DNA from: Clostridiaceae bacterium
Lineage (GTDB): Bacteria; Bacillota; Clostridia; CAYPLH01; DUMO01
DNA: 61,873 nucleotides
Assembly (NCBI GenBank): GCA_012839865.1
Contig: DUMO01000005.1
Span: forward strand, 1-61,873
Direction of reading: 5' to 3'
The position numbers and the translations under genes are program-made. The notes under the pieces are model-generated. The model had not been told where the DNA came from. It saw only the letters and a list, made by a program, of their open reading frames with translations, and made no database searches. Below are positions 38,439 through 48,931 of this stretch, piece after piece (positions within the stretch are counted from its first letter, which is position 1; each line of letters begins with the position of its first letter).

Positions 38439-39734
38439 ATGCGTTTTATACTTGTTTTTCTCGCATTTAACCTTATAGTAATTGTTCACGAAATAGGCCA
38501 CTTTATGGTGGCGAAGCTTTCCGACATACAGGTGCATGAGTTTTCGATTTTTTTCGGTCCCAAACTTTTTGGATTTAAAAAGGGGGAAACCGAATACAAT
38601 TTCAGATTGCTCCCCTTAGGCGGATATGTGAGGATGGAAGGGGAGGAAGAAAAATCAGAAAGCAAGCGGGCTTACAACAAAAAGCCTTTGCTTGTGAGGG
38701 CGGCGGTTTTGTTTTCCGGACCGCTGGCGAACCTGTTATTTGCATTAATTACCCTTACAATAGTTATATCCATTACCGGTTACTCCACAACTGTCATTGA
38801 TACTGTAGTGGAAGGCTCTCCTGCTGAAAGGGCGGGACTTATGGCCGGTGATAAAGTCATATCCTATGACGGGCGAAGAATTTATCAAACCATGGACCTG
38901 GGTGTGTTCCTTTATTATACTGTGAAAGGTGAACCGGCACCGATTGTGGTTGAGCGAAACGGGACCAGACAGGAATACATTTTGCAGGCAGATGTCATAC
39001 CTCCGCAGGAAAGGTATATTTTCGGATTTGTACCAAAATCGGCAGAGGGCACCGACTCAAACGTTGTTCAGTCGGTGGATGCCGCTTCTCCGGCCGGAAA
39101 GGCCGGTTTGCTGCCAGGGGATAAAATAATCAGACTGGATGACATTGAGATTACAAACAGACAGCAAATAAATGATTACACCATGCAGAAGAAGGATAAC
39201 CCGATAAAAGTCACCGTACTCAGGGACGGGAGTGAAAAAGAACTTAATATCACACCTTATCTGGTTAAATCAGATGAACAGTATGATTTGGGCCTTATAT
39301 TTGCAACAGCGGAGCCAAACATCTTGTCAGCCATTGGCCAGGCTGTGGCTTATTCATTATCTACCATAAGAAGCAGTTATCTTTCGATTCTGTGGATGAT
39401 TACAGGGGCTGTTGCCATCGGTCAGGCCATGGGTCCTGTCGGGATAATTGATGCAATGAATGATGTTGTTCAGCAGAGTCCGACCTTCTCTTTAGTAATA
39501 TTAAACCTGCTTAATGTATCAGCTTTTATCAGCATTGCCCTTGGAATATCCAACCTTTTGCCGATTCCCCCGGCTGACGGAAGCAAGCTTGTTCTTCTCG
39601 GGGTTGAGGGAATCAGGAGGAAACCTATTCCTATAGAAAAAGAAGCCTTTATAATGATGGCTGGATTTATAATCATGCTTTTGCTGCTGGTTATTCTGAC
39701 ATATAACGATATATTAAGGGTGTTTTTCAGTTAA
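38439..39734 (+). CDS. rseP: RIP metalloprotease (M50, two PDZ domains)
   Basis: HEIGH, GPLAN, two SPA..AGL..GD PDZ repeats, NLLPIPPADG. Confidence 0.93.
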   Translation: MRFILVFLAFNLIVIVHEIGHFMVAKLSDIQVHEFSIFFGPKLFGFKKGETEYNFRLLPLGGYVRMEGEEEKSESKRAYNKKPLLVRAAVLFSGPLANLLFALITLTIVISITGYSTTVIDTVVEGSPAERAGLMAGDKVISYDGRRIYQTMDLGVFLYYTVKGEPAPIVVERNGTRQEYILQADVIPPQERYIFGFVPKSAEGTDSNVVQSVDAASPAGKAGLLPGDKIIRLDDIEITNRQQINDYTMQKKDNPIKVTVLRDGSEKELNITPYLVKSDEQYDLGLIFATAEPNILSAIGQAVAYSLSTIRSSYLSILWMITGAVAIGQAMGPVGIIDAMNDVVQQSPTFSLVILNLLNVSAFISIALGISNLLPIPPADGSKLVLLGVEGIRRKPIPIEKEAFIMMAGFIIMLLLLVILTYNDILRVFFS

Positions 39735-39841
39735 GCTGAGTTTTTGAAAGGGTTTTGCGAAGCCCTGTTATTAAGTTGCTGTGTAAATTGGTAATACAGG
39801 ATTTTGTTTTTACAAAATATTTAAATTATTACAATTTTTAA

Positions 39842-40942
39842 ATGGTGAAGCACAATATGTCAATTAATCAAGGGTATATAAAACGCAGAGTTTCGAAAAA
39901 ATTCAATATAGGGGATGTTTTGATTGGCGGGGATGCGGAAATTTCCGTCCAATCAATGACCAACACAAATACAAGGGATATAAAGGCAACGGCGGAACAG
40001 ATAAAAAGGCTTGAGGATGCCGGTTGTGATATAGTGAGAGTTGCAGTTTTTGATCTGGAATGCTGCGAAGCCATCAGGGAAATAAAAAAGCATATTAAAA
40101 TTCCCCTTGTGGCGGATATTCATTTTGATTACCGCCTCGCACTGGAAAGCATGAAGGCCGGCGTAGACAAAATAAGGATCAATCCGGGAAACATCGGTGA
40201 TGCGGAACGTGTGAAAAAAGTTGTGACAATGGCGAAAGAAAGAGGCATCCCGATAAGGATTGGAGTAAATTCAGGCTCCCTGGAGGGATCCATCCTGGAT
40301 AAGTATAACGGAGTGACTGCCGAAGGGATGGTGGAAAGTGCCCTGTATCATGTAAGAATACTGGAGGAGCTGAATTTTGATAAAATTGTAATTTCAATCA
40401 AATCCTCAAGCGTTCCCCTGACCATAGAAGCATACCGACTGATATCGCAAAAATGCTCTTACCCCCTTCATCTTGGAGTTACGGAAGCGGGCACTGTTTT
40501 CGGGGGTACTGTAAAATCCGCGGTAGCTTTGGGGTGTCTTCTGGCTGAAGGTATTGGCGATACAATAAGGGTTTCCCTGACCGGAGACCCTGTTGAGGAA
40601 ATCAGGGCAGGACATGAAATTTTAAAATCCCTTGGACTTCGGAAAAGCGGAATTGAGCTTGTTTCCTGTCCAACTTGCGGAAGGTGCAATATCGACCTTA
40701 TCAATATTGCAAATGAAGTGGAAAAAAGGCTTTCTGATTTTAACAAAAGCATTAAAGTGGCGGTTATGGGTTGTGCGGTTAACGGACCCGGAGAGGCCAG
40801 GGAAGCGGATATTGGGATTGCCGGGGGCAGAGGTGAAGCCTTGTTGTTTATGAAGGGAAAAATAGTAAGAAAAATCCCCCAGGAAAGAGTTGTTGATGAA
40901 CTTGTTGCAGAAATCAGGAAAAATTTCGGTGATGAACTCTAA
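39842..40942 (+). CDS. ispG: HMBPP synthase (start may be 39857)
   Basis: [46 protein letters not shown]. Confidence 0.97.
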   Translation: MVKHNMSINQGYIKRRVSKKFNIGDVLIGGDAEISVQSMTNTNTRDIKATAEQIKRLEDAGCDIVRVAVFDLECCEAIREIKKHIKIPLVADIHFDYRLALESMKAGVDKIRINPGNIGDAERVKKVVTMAKERGIPIRIGVNSGSLEGSILDKYNGVTAEGMVESALYHVRILEELNFDKIVISIKSSSVPLTIEAYRLISQKCSYPLHLGVTEAGTVFGGTVKSAVALGCLLAEGIGDTIRVSLTGDPVEEIRAGHEILKSLGLRKSGIELVSCPTCGRCNIDLINIANEVEKRLSDFNKSIKVAVMGCAVNGPGEAREADIGIAGGRGEALLFMKGKIVRKIPQERVVDELVAEIRKNFGDEL

Positions 40943-40972
40943 CTGCCCTACTTGTGAAAAGAGGAGAATTTC

Positions 40973-41605
40973 ATGAGGGTTAGTGCGATAATACCGGCAT
41001 ATAACGAGGAAAAAACAATATGCCAGGTAGTGAACTCAGTGAAAAACACTCGCCGTATAGGCGAGATTATAGTGGTCAGTGACGGTTCCATTGACAATAC
41101 GGCAATCAATGCCCGAAAATGTAATGTTAACGTAATAGAACTTAAAGAAAACGGTGGCAAGGGAGCTGCTATAAAAGCAGGGCTTGAAGCTTGCAGCGGT
41201 GATGTCATATTGCTTTTGGATGCCGACCTTGTCGGGCTTCTTGACAGTCACATTGAGGATTTGCTTTCACCGGTGCTGGACCATGATTACGATATGTCCA
41301 TAGGGGTCTTTACCAAAGGCAGACTGGCTACGGATCTGGCACACCGGATTTCACCCTATCTTTCAGGCCAGAGAGCTTTAAAAAGGAGCATACTGGAGAG
41401 TATTTCGTCACTTCCGGAATACGGGTATGGGCTGGAAATCGCCATGACACTATATGCATATGAAAATAAGCTGAGAGTAAAGCATGTTGAGTTAAGCAAC
41501 CTTACTCACATTATGAAAGAAGAGAAATATGGCTTCTATAAAGGCATGATTGAGCGCTTTAAAATGTACCGGCAGGTTTTAAAAGGAGCAAGATACCTGA
41601 AATAA
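40973..41605 (+). CDS. Glycosyltransferase family 2
   Basis: IIPAYNEE, VVSDGSID, GKGAA, LLDADL. Confidence 0.85.
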   Translation: MRVSAIIPAYNEEKTICQVVNSVKNTRRIGEIIVVSDGSIDNTAINARKCNVNVIELKENGGKGAAIKAGLEACSGDVILLLDADLVGLLDSHIEDLLSPVLDHDYDMSIGVFTKGRLATDLAHRISPYLSGQRALKRSILESISSLPEYGYGLEIAMTLYAYENKLRVKHVELSNLTHIMKEEKYGFYKGMIERFKMYRQVLKGARYLK

Positions 41606-41663
41606 TGAGGGGTTGCATAAAACCACTAGGTGGAATATTTTTTGCAACTTAAGAAAAAATTCC

Positions 41664-41755
41664 GTGGCTATTGGATTGCCTGGATGGGTTCTGCAAAAAA
41701 GCCATGGTTATTGGGTTGACTGAACGGGTTCTGCAAAAAAAGCCCGTGATTTTGG
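41664..41755. repeat. 40-bp direct repeat (2 units plus a partial) upstream of polC
   Basis: TGG(C/T)TATTGG(A/G)TTG(C/A)CTG..(T/C)GGGTTCTGCAAAAAA(A)GCC starting near 41664 and 41704. Confidence 0.75.
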
Positions 41756-41823
41756 TCAATGAGATGAAAATGCATGTTTTTCAAAAGAAAAAGAGTGTTA
41801 GAAATACAAGGGGTTGTAAGGTC

Positions 41824-44800
41824 ATGGAAAATTCAGCATATAAAGAATGGTTTTATTCACTGGCGGAGGCAGAAGATAAAGAAATAATAAATAATGTATC
41901 CATCGACAGTGTTAACGTATATAAGAAAACCGGTAAACTTGAAGTAGTCATTTCAGCCGATAAATTGGTGCCTGCAGCGTTTATATGCAGGCTTGAAGAT
42001 ACATTAAGCAAGAAATTGGGAATCAGTACCGTGGTTGTTAAACCCAGGTTCAATATAAATACTCCTCTTGATAACGTATTATCCGAATATTGGGAAGACA
42101 TACTGTATCTGGTGGGCCGTAAGATTGCTCTTACCAACAGTATTTTGACCAAGTCAACTTACGAACTGTCAGGGTCAAGGCTGACTGTAAATCTGAAAAC
42201 TGTAGGCAGTGACATTGCCAGGTCCCAAAAATGCGATTCAGTTATTCAGGAAATCATATATAATCTCTTTAACCAGGAAGTCAAGGTTGAGTTTGTTGAT
42301 GCTGCCATTGATGAAGAGGCAAAGAAAGAATATTTTGAAAATAAAGAAAATGAAGAAATGGAGCTTATTAACAATATTATAGATTTCAAAAGCATAAAAT
42401 CCGGAAAAAAGTCTTCAAGAAACAGGCATAATGATGCAGAGGACAATTTCAAAAGAATAATTATAGGTAAAAAATTCAATGATAAGCCGGTTCCAATGAA
42501 TAGTATCAATGAAGCATCCGGGAAAGTCACAGTGGCCGGAGATGTTTTCAAGGTTGAAACCAGGGAGATCCGTGGTGGCAAGACACTGTTCACTTTCAAT
42601 GTCACCGACTATACAAATTCTCTTACGGCAAAACTGTTTCTTGAGAAGGAAAAACTGGCCAGGGTGCAGGAGGCAATCAGGGAAGGTACCTCCGTTAGTA
42701 TCAGGGGTGAGGTGCAGTATGACAAATATGCAAGAGACATCGTTCTGTTAGCTTATGATATTATTGAAGTGGAAAAAGAAGTAAAAAAGGATAACGCTGA
42801 AACAAAGCGTGTTGAACTTCATCTGCACACCCAGATGAGTGCCATGGACGGCGTTTCTCCAGTGAAGGACATAGTGAAACGAGCCATAAGCTGGGGGCAT
42901 AAGGCGGTTGCAATAACCGATCACGGTGTATTGCAGGCTTATCCCGATGCCTTTGCAGCTGCAGGAAAGAATATTAAAATCATTTACGGAGTGGAATGCT
43001 ATCTTGTAGACAGTCAGATTCCCATTGTGTTTCGCTCAAAGGGCCAGTCCCTGGATGGAGATTTTGTTGTTTTTGACATTGAAACCACCGGCCTTGATCC
43101 ATTCACAGATAAAATTACCGAGATTGGCGCAGTCAGAATAAGTAACGGACAAATCCTTGAGGAATTCAGCACATTTGTCAATCCCGAAATCAGCATACCT
43201 GAAAATATTGCTAAGCTTACAGGTATTGACGATAATCTTGTGGCAAACGCCCCCAGGATTGAAGAAGTGCTGCCCGAATTTTTGAAATTCGTCGGGGATA
43301 GTCCTCTTGTAGCCCATAATGCAACCTTCGATTATGGATTTATAATGCAAAACTTAAGAAAACTTGACATGAAAGCCGAGTATACACTGATAGATACTCT
43401 TGAGTTGTCCCGCAAGCTGTTCCCTGATTTGTCCAAATACAAACTCAGCAGCGTTGCAAAGCATTTGCAGTTGGAATCAGACAGATATCACAGGGCATCC
43501 GATGATGCCGGCATACTTGCAAGAATTTTTATAAAATGCATTGAGCTTTTGAAGAAAAGAGAAGTCAAAAATCTGGATGATATCGAAAAATGTTTTGGAA
43601 CCGACGATCAGGACGTTTTGAGAGCCGAACCCTTTCATGCCATACTGCTGGCTAAAAACCGGACAGGACTTAAAAATCTTTACAGGATTGTGTCGGATTC
43701 GCACATAAAATACTTCTATAAAAAACCCAGGGTGCCCAAAAAGCTCCTGGCTGAATTCCGTAACGGCATTATTGTAGGAAGTGCCTGTGAAGCCGGAGAA
43801 ATTTTTCGAGCCATCCTTGAAAATAAAAATGAAACGGAAATTGAAAAACTGGTCCGGTTCTATGACTATCTTGAGATTCAACCTCTGGGGAACAACCGTT
43901 TTTTAATAAACAATGGAACCGTAAGAGGTGAAGAGGATTTAATCAACATCAATAAAAAAATTATCGAGTTGGGGGGAAAATTCAACAAGCCTGTTGTAGC
44001 CACGTGTGATGTGCATTTTCTTGATGAAAAGGATGAGGTTTTCCGGAGAATCATAATGGCAGGACAGGGATACGCGGATGCGGATTACCAGGCTCCCCTG
44101 TATTTTCGCACAACTGAGGAGATGCTGCGGGAATTTGAATACCTGGGGCAGGAAAAGGCATATGAGGTGGTTGTTGAGAACACAAACAAAATAGCCGGAA
44201 TGATTTCAGACATTACACCCGTTCCCAAAGGAACCTTCCCGCCCAAGATGGAAGGTGCGGAGGAACAGATTAAAAATATGGCCGAGAGCAAGGCAAAGGA
44301 AGTTTATGGGGACCCTCTTCCAAATATTGTAAGGGAGAGGTTGGACAAGGAACTTAATTCCATTATCAAGAATGGATTTGCCGTAATGTACCTGATAGCT
44401 CAGAAACTTGTTGCCAAGTCCATGAAGGACGGGTATCTTGTCGGGTCCAGGGGTTCGGTGGGCTCATCCTTTGTGGCAAACATGGTGGGAATTACTGAAG
44501 TCAACTCCTTGCAGCCGCATTATCTGTGTACAAACTGCAGGCATTCGGAATTCATTACAGACGGAAGTGTTGAATGCGGATTTGACTTGCCTGACAAAAA
44601 CTGCCCGAAATGCGGAAATCCAATGAGCAAGAACGGTATGGATATTCCTTTTGAAACCTTCCTGGGGTTTGAAGGTGACAAGGAACCGGATATTGATCTG
44701 AACTTCTCCGGAGATTATCAGCCGGTTGTACATAAATATACCGAGGAATTGTTTGGGGTTGGGCATGTTTTCAGAGCAGGCACAATTACAACAATTGCCT

Positions 44801-46107
44801 CCAAAACCGCCTTTGGCTTTGTAAAGGGATACCTGGACGAGCGGGGGCTTGTGGTGACCAACGCCGAAATCGAGAGGCTGGTAAACGGCTGCACCGGCAT
44901 TAAAAGAACCACCGGGCAGCATCCCGGAGGTGTAATGGTCATTCCCCAGGATATGGAGGTATATGATTTTTCACCTGTTCAAAGACCGGCGGATGATGTG
45001 TCCTCGGATGTAATAACCACGCATTTTGATTATAACTTTCTCCACGGGAGCATTCTAAAACTGGACATACTTGGACATACTGTTCCGACAATCATCCGAA
45101 TGCTTGAGGACCTCACAGGTGTTGATGCAAAAAGCATTCCCTTTGATGATCGAAAAACAATGAGTTTATTTTCAAGCACCGAAGCTCTGGGGATAAAGCC
45201 CGAGGATATTGGGTATGAAGTCGGAACCCTGGCAATTCCGGAGTTTGGTACAGGTTTTGTTATTGGAATGCTTCTTGAAACAAAACCCAGTATGTTTTCA
45301 GAACTTGTCAGGATATCGGGTCTTTCCCACGGTACCGATGTGTGGCTTAATAACGCACAAGAGCTGATAGCCCAAAATATAACTACACTGTCAAAAACCA
45401 TATGCTGCCGTGACGATATCATGCTGTACCTGATATACCAGGGTCTGGAGCCGAAAACTGCATTCTTTATAATGGAAGACGTCAGAAAGGGCAAAGGCGT
45501 AAAACCGGAATATGAAGAAAAAATGAAAGCCAACAATGTTCCGGACTGGTATATTGAATCCTGCAAAAAAATAAAGTATATGTTCCCCAAAGCCCATGCT
45601 GCGGCTTATGTGATGATGGCATACAGAATCGCATGGTTCAAGGTGTATTATCCCATTGAGTTCTATACTACATATTTCACCATTTGCGCGAACGATTTTA
45701 ATGCAGCTCTGATGGTTAACGGACCTGAAAGAGTAAAGGCTGAAATAAAAAAGCTTAAGTCCAAGGTTGGAGAGCCTACACAAAAGGAAAAGGACCTTTT
45801 GACAATACTTGAAGTGGTTAATGAGATGTACGCAAGGGGAATCAAGTTTTTGCCTGTGAATTTGTATAAATCCGATGCGTCGAAATTCACCATGTGTGAT
45901 AACTATATTCTGCCGCCTCTCATCGCCCTTCAGGGGTTGGGGCTTTCAGCGGCCTGCAATATAGTGGAGGCAAGAAAAGCCGGCAGGTTTACATCAGTTG
46001 AAGACCTGAAGCAAAAATCCAAAATAACCAAGGCGGTTGTTGATATTCTGAAAGAAAACGGATGCCTGGAAGGCCTGCCCGATAGCAATCAAATGAGCTT
46101 TTTTTAA
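41824..46107 (+). CDS. polC: DNA polymerase III PolC (PHP, embedded 3'-5' exonuclease, Zn finger)
   Basis: LHLHTQMSAMDG, FVVFDIETTG, CTNC...CPKC, EPDIDLNF; start taken at MENSAY. Confidence 0.97.
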   Translation: MENSAYKEWFYSLAEAEDKEIINNVSIDSVNVYKKTGKLEVVISADKLVPAAFICRLEDTLSKKLGISTVVVKPRFNINTPLDNVLSEYWEDILYLVGRKIALTNSILTKSTYELSGSRLTVNLKTVGSDIARSQKCDSVIQEIIYNLFNQEVKVEFVDAAIDEEAKKEYFENKENEEMELINNIIDFKSIKSGKKSSRNRHNDAEDNFKRIIIGKKFNDKPVPMNSINEASGKVTVAGDVFKVETREIRGGKTLFTFNVTDYTNSLTAKLFLEKEKLARVQEAIREGTSVSIRGEVQYDKYARDIVLLAYDIIEVEKEVKKDNAETKRVELHLHTQMSAMDGVSPVKDIVKRAISWGHKAVAITDHGVLQAYPDAFAAAGKNIKIIYGVECYLVDSQIPIVFRSKGQSLDGDFVVFDIETTGLDPFTDKITEIGAVRISNGQILEEFSTFVNPEISIPENIAKLTGIDDNLVANAPRIEEVLPEFLKFVGDSPLVAHNATFDYGFIMQNLRKLDMKAEYTLIDTLELSRKLFPDLSKYKLSSVAKHLQLESDRYHRASDDAGILARIFIKCIELLKKREVKNLDDIEKCFGTDDQDVLRAEPFHAILLAKNRTGLKNLYRIVSDSHIKYFYKKPRVPKKLLAEFRNGIIVGSACEAGEIFRAILENKNETEIEKLVRFYDYLEIQPLGNNRFLINNGTVRGEEDLININKKIIELGGKFNKPVVATCDVHFLDEKDEVFRRIIMAGQGYADADYQAPLYFRTTEEMLREFEYLGQEKAYEVVVENTNKIAGMISDITPVPKGTFPPKMEGAEEQIKNMAESKAKEVYGDPLPNIVRERLDKELNSIIKNGFAVMYLIAQKLVAKSMKDGYLVGSRGSVGSSFVANMVGITEVNSLQPHYLCTNCRHSEFITDGSVECGFDLPDKNCPKCGNPMSKNGMDIPFETFLGFEGDKEPDIDLNFSGDYQPVVHKYTEELFGVGHVFRAGTITTIASKTAFGFVKGYLDERGLVVTNAEIERLVNGCTGIKRTTGQHPGGVMVIPQDMEVYDFSPVQRPADDVSSDVITTHFDYNFLHGSILKLDILGHTVPTIIRMLEDLTGVDAKSIPFDDRKTMSLFSSTEALGIKPEDIGYEVGTLAIPEFGTGFVIGMLLETKPSMFSELVRISGLSHGTDVWLNNAQELIAQNITTLSKTICCRDDIMLYLIYQGLEPKTAFFIMEDVRKGKGVKPEYEEKMKANNVPDWYIESCKKIKYMFPKAHAAAYVMMAYRIAWFKVYYPIEFYTTYFTICANDFNAALMVNGPERVKAEIKKLKSKVGEPTQKEKDLLTILEVVNEMYARGIKFLPVNLYKSDASKFTMCDNYILPPLIALQGLGLSAACNIVEARKAGRFTSVEDLKQKSKITKAVVDILKENGCLEGLPDSNQMSFF

Positions 46108-46175
46108 GAAATATAATTTATGAATAAGAGCTATAATTCAGATATTTGCTTTTATAAAGAAGCAACAGTTGAAAT

Positions 46176-46311
46176 TGAAATGTATGCAGTACAATAACAA
46201 ATGGTTTTCTCAAAACAAGAGCCTTGTTCTTAGAAAAGCCCGGGGGCATCGAGCCCCGCTCGCTTTTGGCCGGATTTGCTTCGCAAATAGCCCTGTACTG
46301 CATACATTTCA
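46176..46311 (+). mobile_element. Dispersed MITE-like repeat, copy 3 (short form, 136 bp, perfect 18-bp TIR)
   Basis: TGAAATGTATGCAGTACA ... TGTACTGCATACATTTCA; equals copy 2 minus its 29185-29316 segment. Confidence 0.85.
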
Positions 46312-46376
46312 TTCCTTTCAGCTGCTCATTTATCGATACTAATTGCAAGGTTTTTTAGGAATGAATAAATATTATA

Positions 46377-46405
46377 TTGATTAATGTAAATAATAATGAT
46401 ATAAT
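46377..46405 (+). promoter_or_regulatory. sigmaA promoter of the rimP-nusA-infB operon
   Basis: TTGATT-17 nt-TATAAT with an extended -10 TG. Confidence 0.8.
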
Positions 46406-46438
46406 ACTATTGACTAAAAGCAAATTGGCTATTATGTA

Positions 46439-46463
46439 AAAGAGTGGGTTGTTCCCACTCTTT
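46439..46463 (+). promoter_or_regulatory. rimP leader hairpin (attenuator-like)
   Basis: AAAGAGTGGG-TTGTT-CCCACTCTTT in the 5' UTR. Confidence 0.65.
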
Positions 46464-46503
46464 CATATTATTCGGTATGTTGAGAGTGTAACAGGAGGAC
46501 GTT

Positions 46504-46968
46504 ATGGCCAAAAGAAAAGTAGAGGAGATAGTTGAAGAAATTGCTTTGCCGGTGGTTGAGAATAAAGGATTTGAGCTTGTGGATGTCGAATTTGTAAAAG
46601 AAGGTTCAAGCTGGTTTTTAAGAGTATATATAGATAAACCCGGCGGAATAACCATTGATGACTGTTCGGATGTCAGCAACGAGCTTGGCAAATTGCTGGA
46701 TAAAGCCGACCCCATACAGGGAAGTTATTATCTTGAAGTGTCTTCACCAGGCCTTGAAAGACCATTGAAAAAGGACAGGGATTTTGAAAGGTATAAGGGA
46801 GAAACAGTTGAAGTGCGAACATTCAGGGCTATTGACGGACATAAGGTTTTTGAAGGAACACTGTTGGGTCTGGTTGAAGGAAATATCGAAATTGATAAGG
46901 ACGGGCAGTTTTTAAAATTCCCCAGGGAAAGCGTGGCATCAGTGAAAAAAGTATTCAAATTTAAATAG
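46504..46968 (+). CDS. rimP: Ribosome maturation factor RimP
   Basis: LRVYIDKPGGITIDDC, YYLEVSSPGLERPL. Confidence 0.97.
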   Translation: MAKRKVEEIVEEIALPVVENKGFELVDVEFVKEGSSWFLRVYIDKPGGITIDDCSDVSNELGKLLDKADPIQGSYYLEVSSPGLERPLKKDRDFERYKGETVEVRTFRAIDGHKVFEGTLLGLVEGNIEIDKDGQFLKFPRESVASVKKVFKFK

Positions 46969-47075
46969 TATTTTTTTTTGGCTTGTAAATTTTTGTGATT
47001 GTTTGGATTTTACTGGACATTAACATAATTTGATTATAGAAAGAGAATATAGAAAGCGGGAGGTTGGTAAGCATT

Positions 47076-48269
47076 ATGAGCGTAGAATTAATTCATGCAT
47101 TAAAACAATTGGAAAAAGAAAAAGGGATCGATAAAGAGGTACTTCTCGAGGCAATAGAAGCAGCTCTTATTTCTGCTTATAAAAAGAATTTTGGTTCAGG
47201 CCAGAATGTTAAAGTTCATATTGACAGGGAAACAGGGAATGTAAAGGTGTATTCCCTCAAGGTTGTAAGAAGCAAGGTGGAGAATCCTCAAACAGAAATA
47301 TCCCTGGAGGAAGCCCATAAGATAAATTCACTTTTAATAGAGGGAGATACCGCTGAAATTGAAGTGACTCCCAGAACCTTCGGCCGGATTGCCGCCCAGA
47401 CCGCAAAGCAGGTTGTCGTGCAGAGAATCAGGGAGGCTGAAAGAGGTATTATTTATGATGAATTTGTCAACAAGGAAAGTGATATAGTTACAGGCATTGT
47501 CCAGAGAATTGAGCGCAAAAACGTGATTATCGATTTGGGCAAGGCTGAAGCTGTTTTAACTCCCACCGAACAAGTGCCTGGTGAGGTCTATAATTTTGGA
47601 GACAGACTGAAGTTGTATGTTCTGGAGGTGAAAAAGACTTCAAAAGGCCCCCAGATTATGGTTTCAAGGACACATCCGGGGCTTGTCAAGCGCCTTTTTG
47701 AATTGGAAGTGCCTGAGATTCATGATGGTATTGTAGAAATAAAAAGCATTGCAAGGGAAGCGGGATCCAGAACAAAGATTGCCGTATTCTCGAAAGATGA
47801 TAATGTGGATCCCGTTGGAGCCTGTGTCGGGCAGAAAGGCACCAGGGTAAATGCAATTGTTGATGAGCTTAAGGGCGAAAAAATTGATATAATAAAATGG
47901 AGTATCAATGCAGAAGAATATATTTCAAGCAGCCTGAGCCCTGCCAAGGTGATAAGGGTTGATTTGGATGAAGAGAATAAAACAGCAAAAGTAACCGTAC
48001 CGGATTTCCAGCTTTCCCTTGCTATCGGAAAAGTCGGGCAGAATGCAAGGCTTGCTGCCAAGCTGACAGGGTGGAAAATTGACATCAAGAATGAATCGGA
48101 GCTTCGTGCTACCATTGAGCAGCAGTTGCTCAATTTTGACCATGATTATGATCCTTCAAAAATGGATTATTACGATGAAGATGACGAATATATTGAAGAT
48201 GACGTCAATGAGGAAGACTATGAAAGTGACGATGCACCGGATGGTGCAGATGAAGAAGGGGATATGTAG
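47076..48269 (+). CDS. nusA: Transcription factor NusA
   Basis: FGRIAAQTAKQV, AREAGSRTKIAV, LSLAIGKVGQNARLAAKLTGWKIDI. Confidence 0.98.
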   Translation: MSVELIHALKQLEKEKGIDKEVLLEAIEAALISAYKKNFGSGQNVKVHIDRETGNVKVYSLKVVRSKVENPQTEISLEEAHKINSLLIEGDTAEIEVTPRTFGRIAAQTAKQVVVQRIREAERGIIYDEFVNKESDIVTGIVQRIERKNVIIDLGKAEAVLTPTEQVPGEVYNFGDRLKLYVLEVKKTSKGPQIMVSRTHPGLVKRLFELEVPEIHDGIVEIKSIAREAGSRTKIAVFSKDDNVDPVGACVGQKGTRVNAIVDELKGEKIDIIKWSINAEEYISSSLSPAKVIRVDLDEENKTAKVTVPDFQLSLAIGKVGQNARLAAKLTGWKIDIKNESELRATIEQQLLNFDHDYDPSKMDYYDEDDEYIEDDVNEEDYESDDAPDGADEEGDM

Positions 48270-48318
48270 ACTGGAGTGTTGTCAAAAAAGAAGTTTTTTG
48301 AGGGGGTAGATTGCATAG

Positions 48319-48597
48319 ATGAAGAAAAAAAAGGTGCCGATAAGAATGTGCATCGGCTGTATGGAAAATAAGCCGAAGAAAGAGCTTATACGGGTTGTAA
48401 AAAACAAGGAAAACGAAATATCAATAGACTTTACCGGGAAAAAACCTGGGAGAGGGGCGTACATTTGCAATAATCCCGAATGCCTGAAAAAGGCCCAAAA
48501 AGCCAAAAGACTTGAAAAAGCTTTTGAATTGCCGATAGACAACACAATTTTTGAAGAATTGCAAAAACAAATGGAGGGTTTAAATGAAGGATCTTGA
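48319..48597 (+). CDS. ylxR: YlxR-family RNA-binding protein
   Basis: PIRMCIGC, LIRVV, GRGAYIC. Confidence 0.92.
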   Translation: MKKKKVPIRMCIGCMENKPKKELIRVVKNKENEISIDFTGKKPGRGAYICNNPECLKKAQKAKRLEKAFELPIDNTIFEELQKQMEGLNEGS

Positions 48598-48931
48598 AAG
48601 GGCATACTGTAATATAGGACTTGCATTAAAGGCGGGAAAGCTTGTTTTGGGCGCCCATGCCTGCGAGGAATTTATAAAAAACGGTAAGGCCATTTTGGTT
48701 ATTGTTGCAGATGATGCATCTTCCAACACCAAAAAGAAGTTTAATGATATGTGCGAGTTTTACAATACTGAAATAAGGTTTTTCGGAGATAAAGAAACAT
48801 TGGGGAGGTATCTTGGAAAAGAAAACAAAACTATTGCAGCCGTGACAGATTTAAACCTGTCAAAGCTAATTGCATGTACGATTGACAGCATTGAAAATTT
48901 AACGGGGGTGAAGGATATTGAAAAAAACTAG
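48584..48931 (+). CDS. ylxQ: L7Ae/L30e-family RNA-binding protein
   Basis: [24 protein letters not shown]. Confidence 0.88.
   Translation: MKDLERAYCNIGLALKAGKLVLGAHACEEFIKNGKAILVIVADDASSNTKKKFNDMCEFYNTEIRFFGDKETLGRYLGKENKTIAAVTDLNLSKLIACTIDSIENLTGVKDIEKN

Noticed and set aside
41671..41823. N-terminal extension of PolC in the ORF track
   Set aside because: Derives from the 40-bp repeat region with no RBS; the ATG at 41824 fits better
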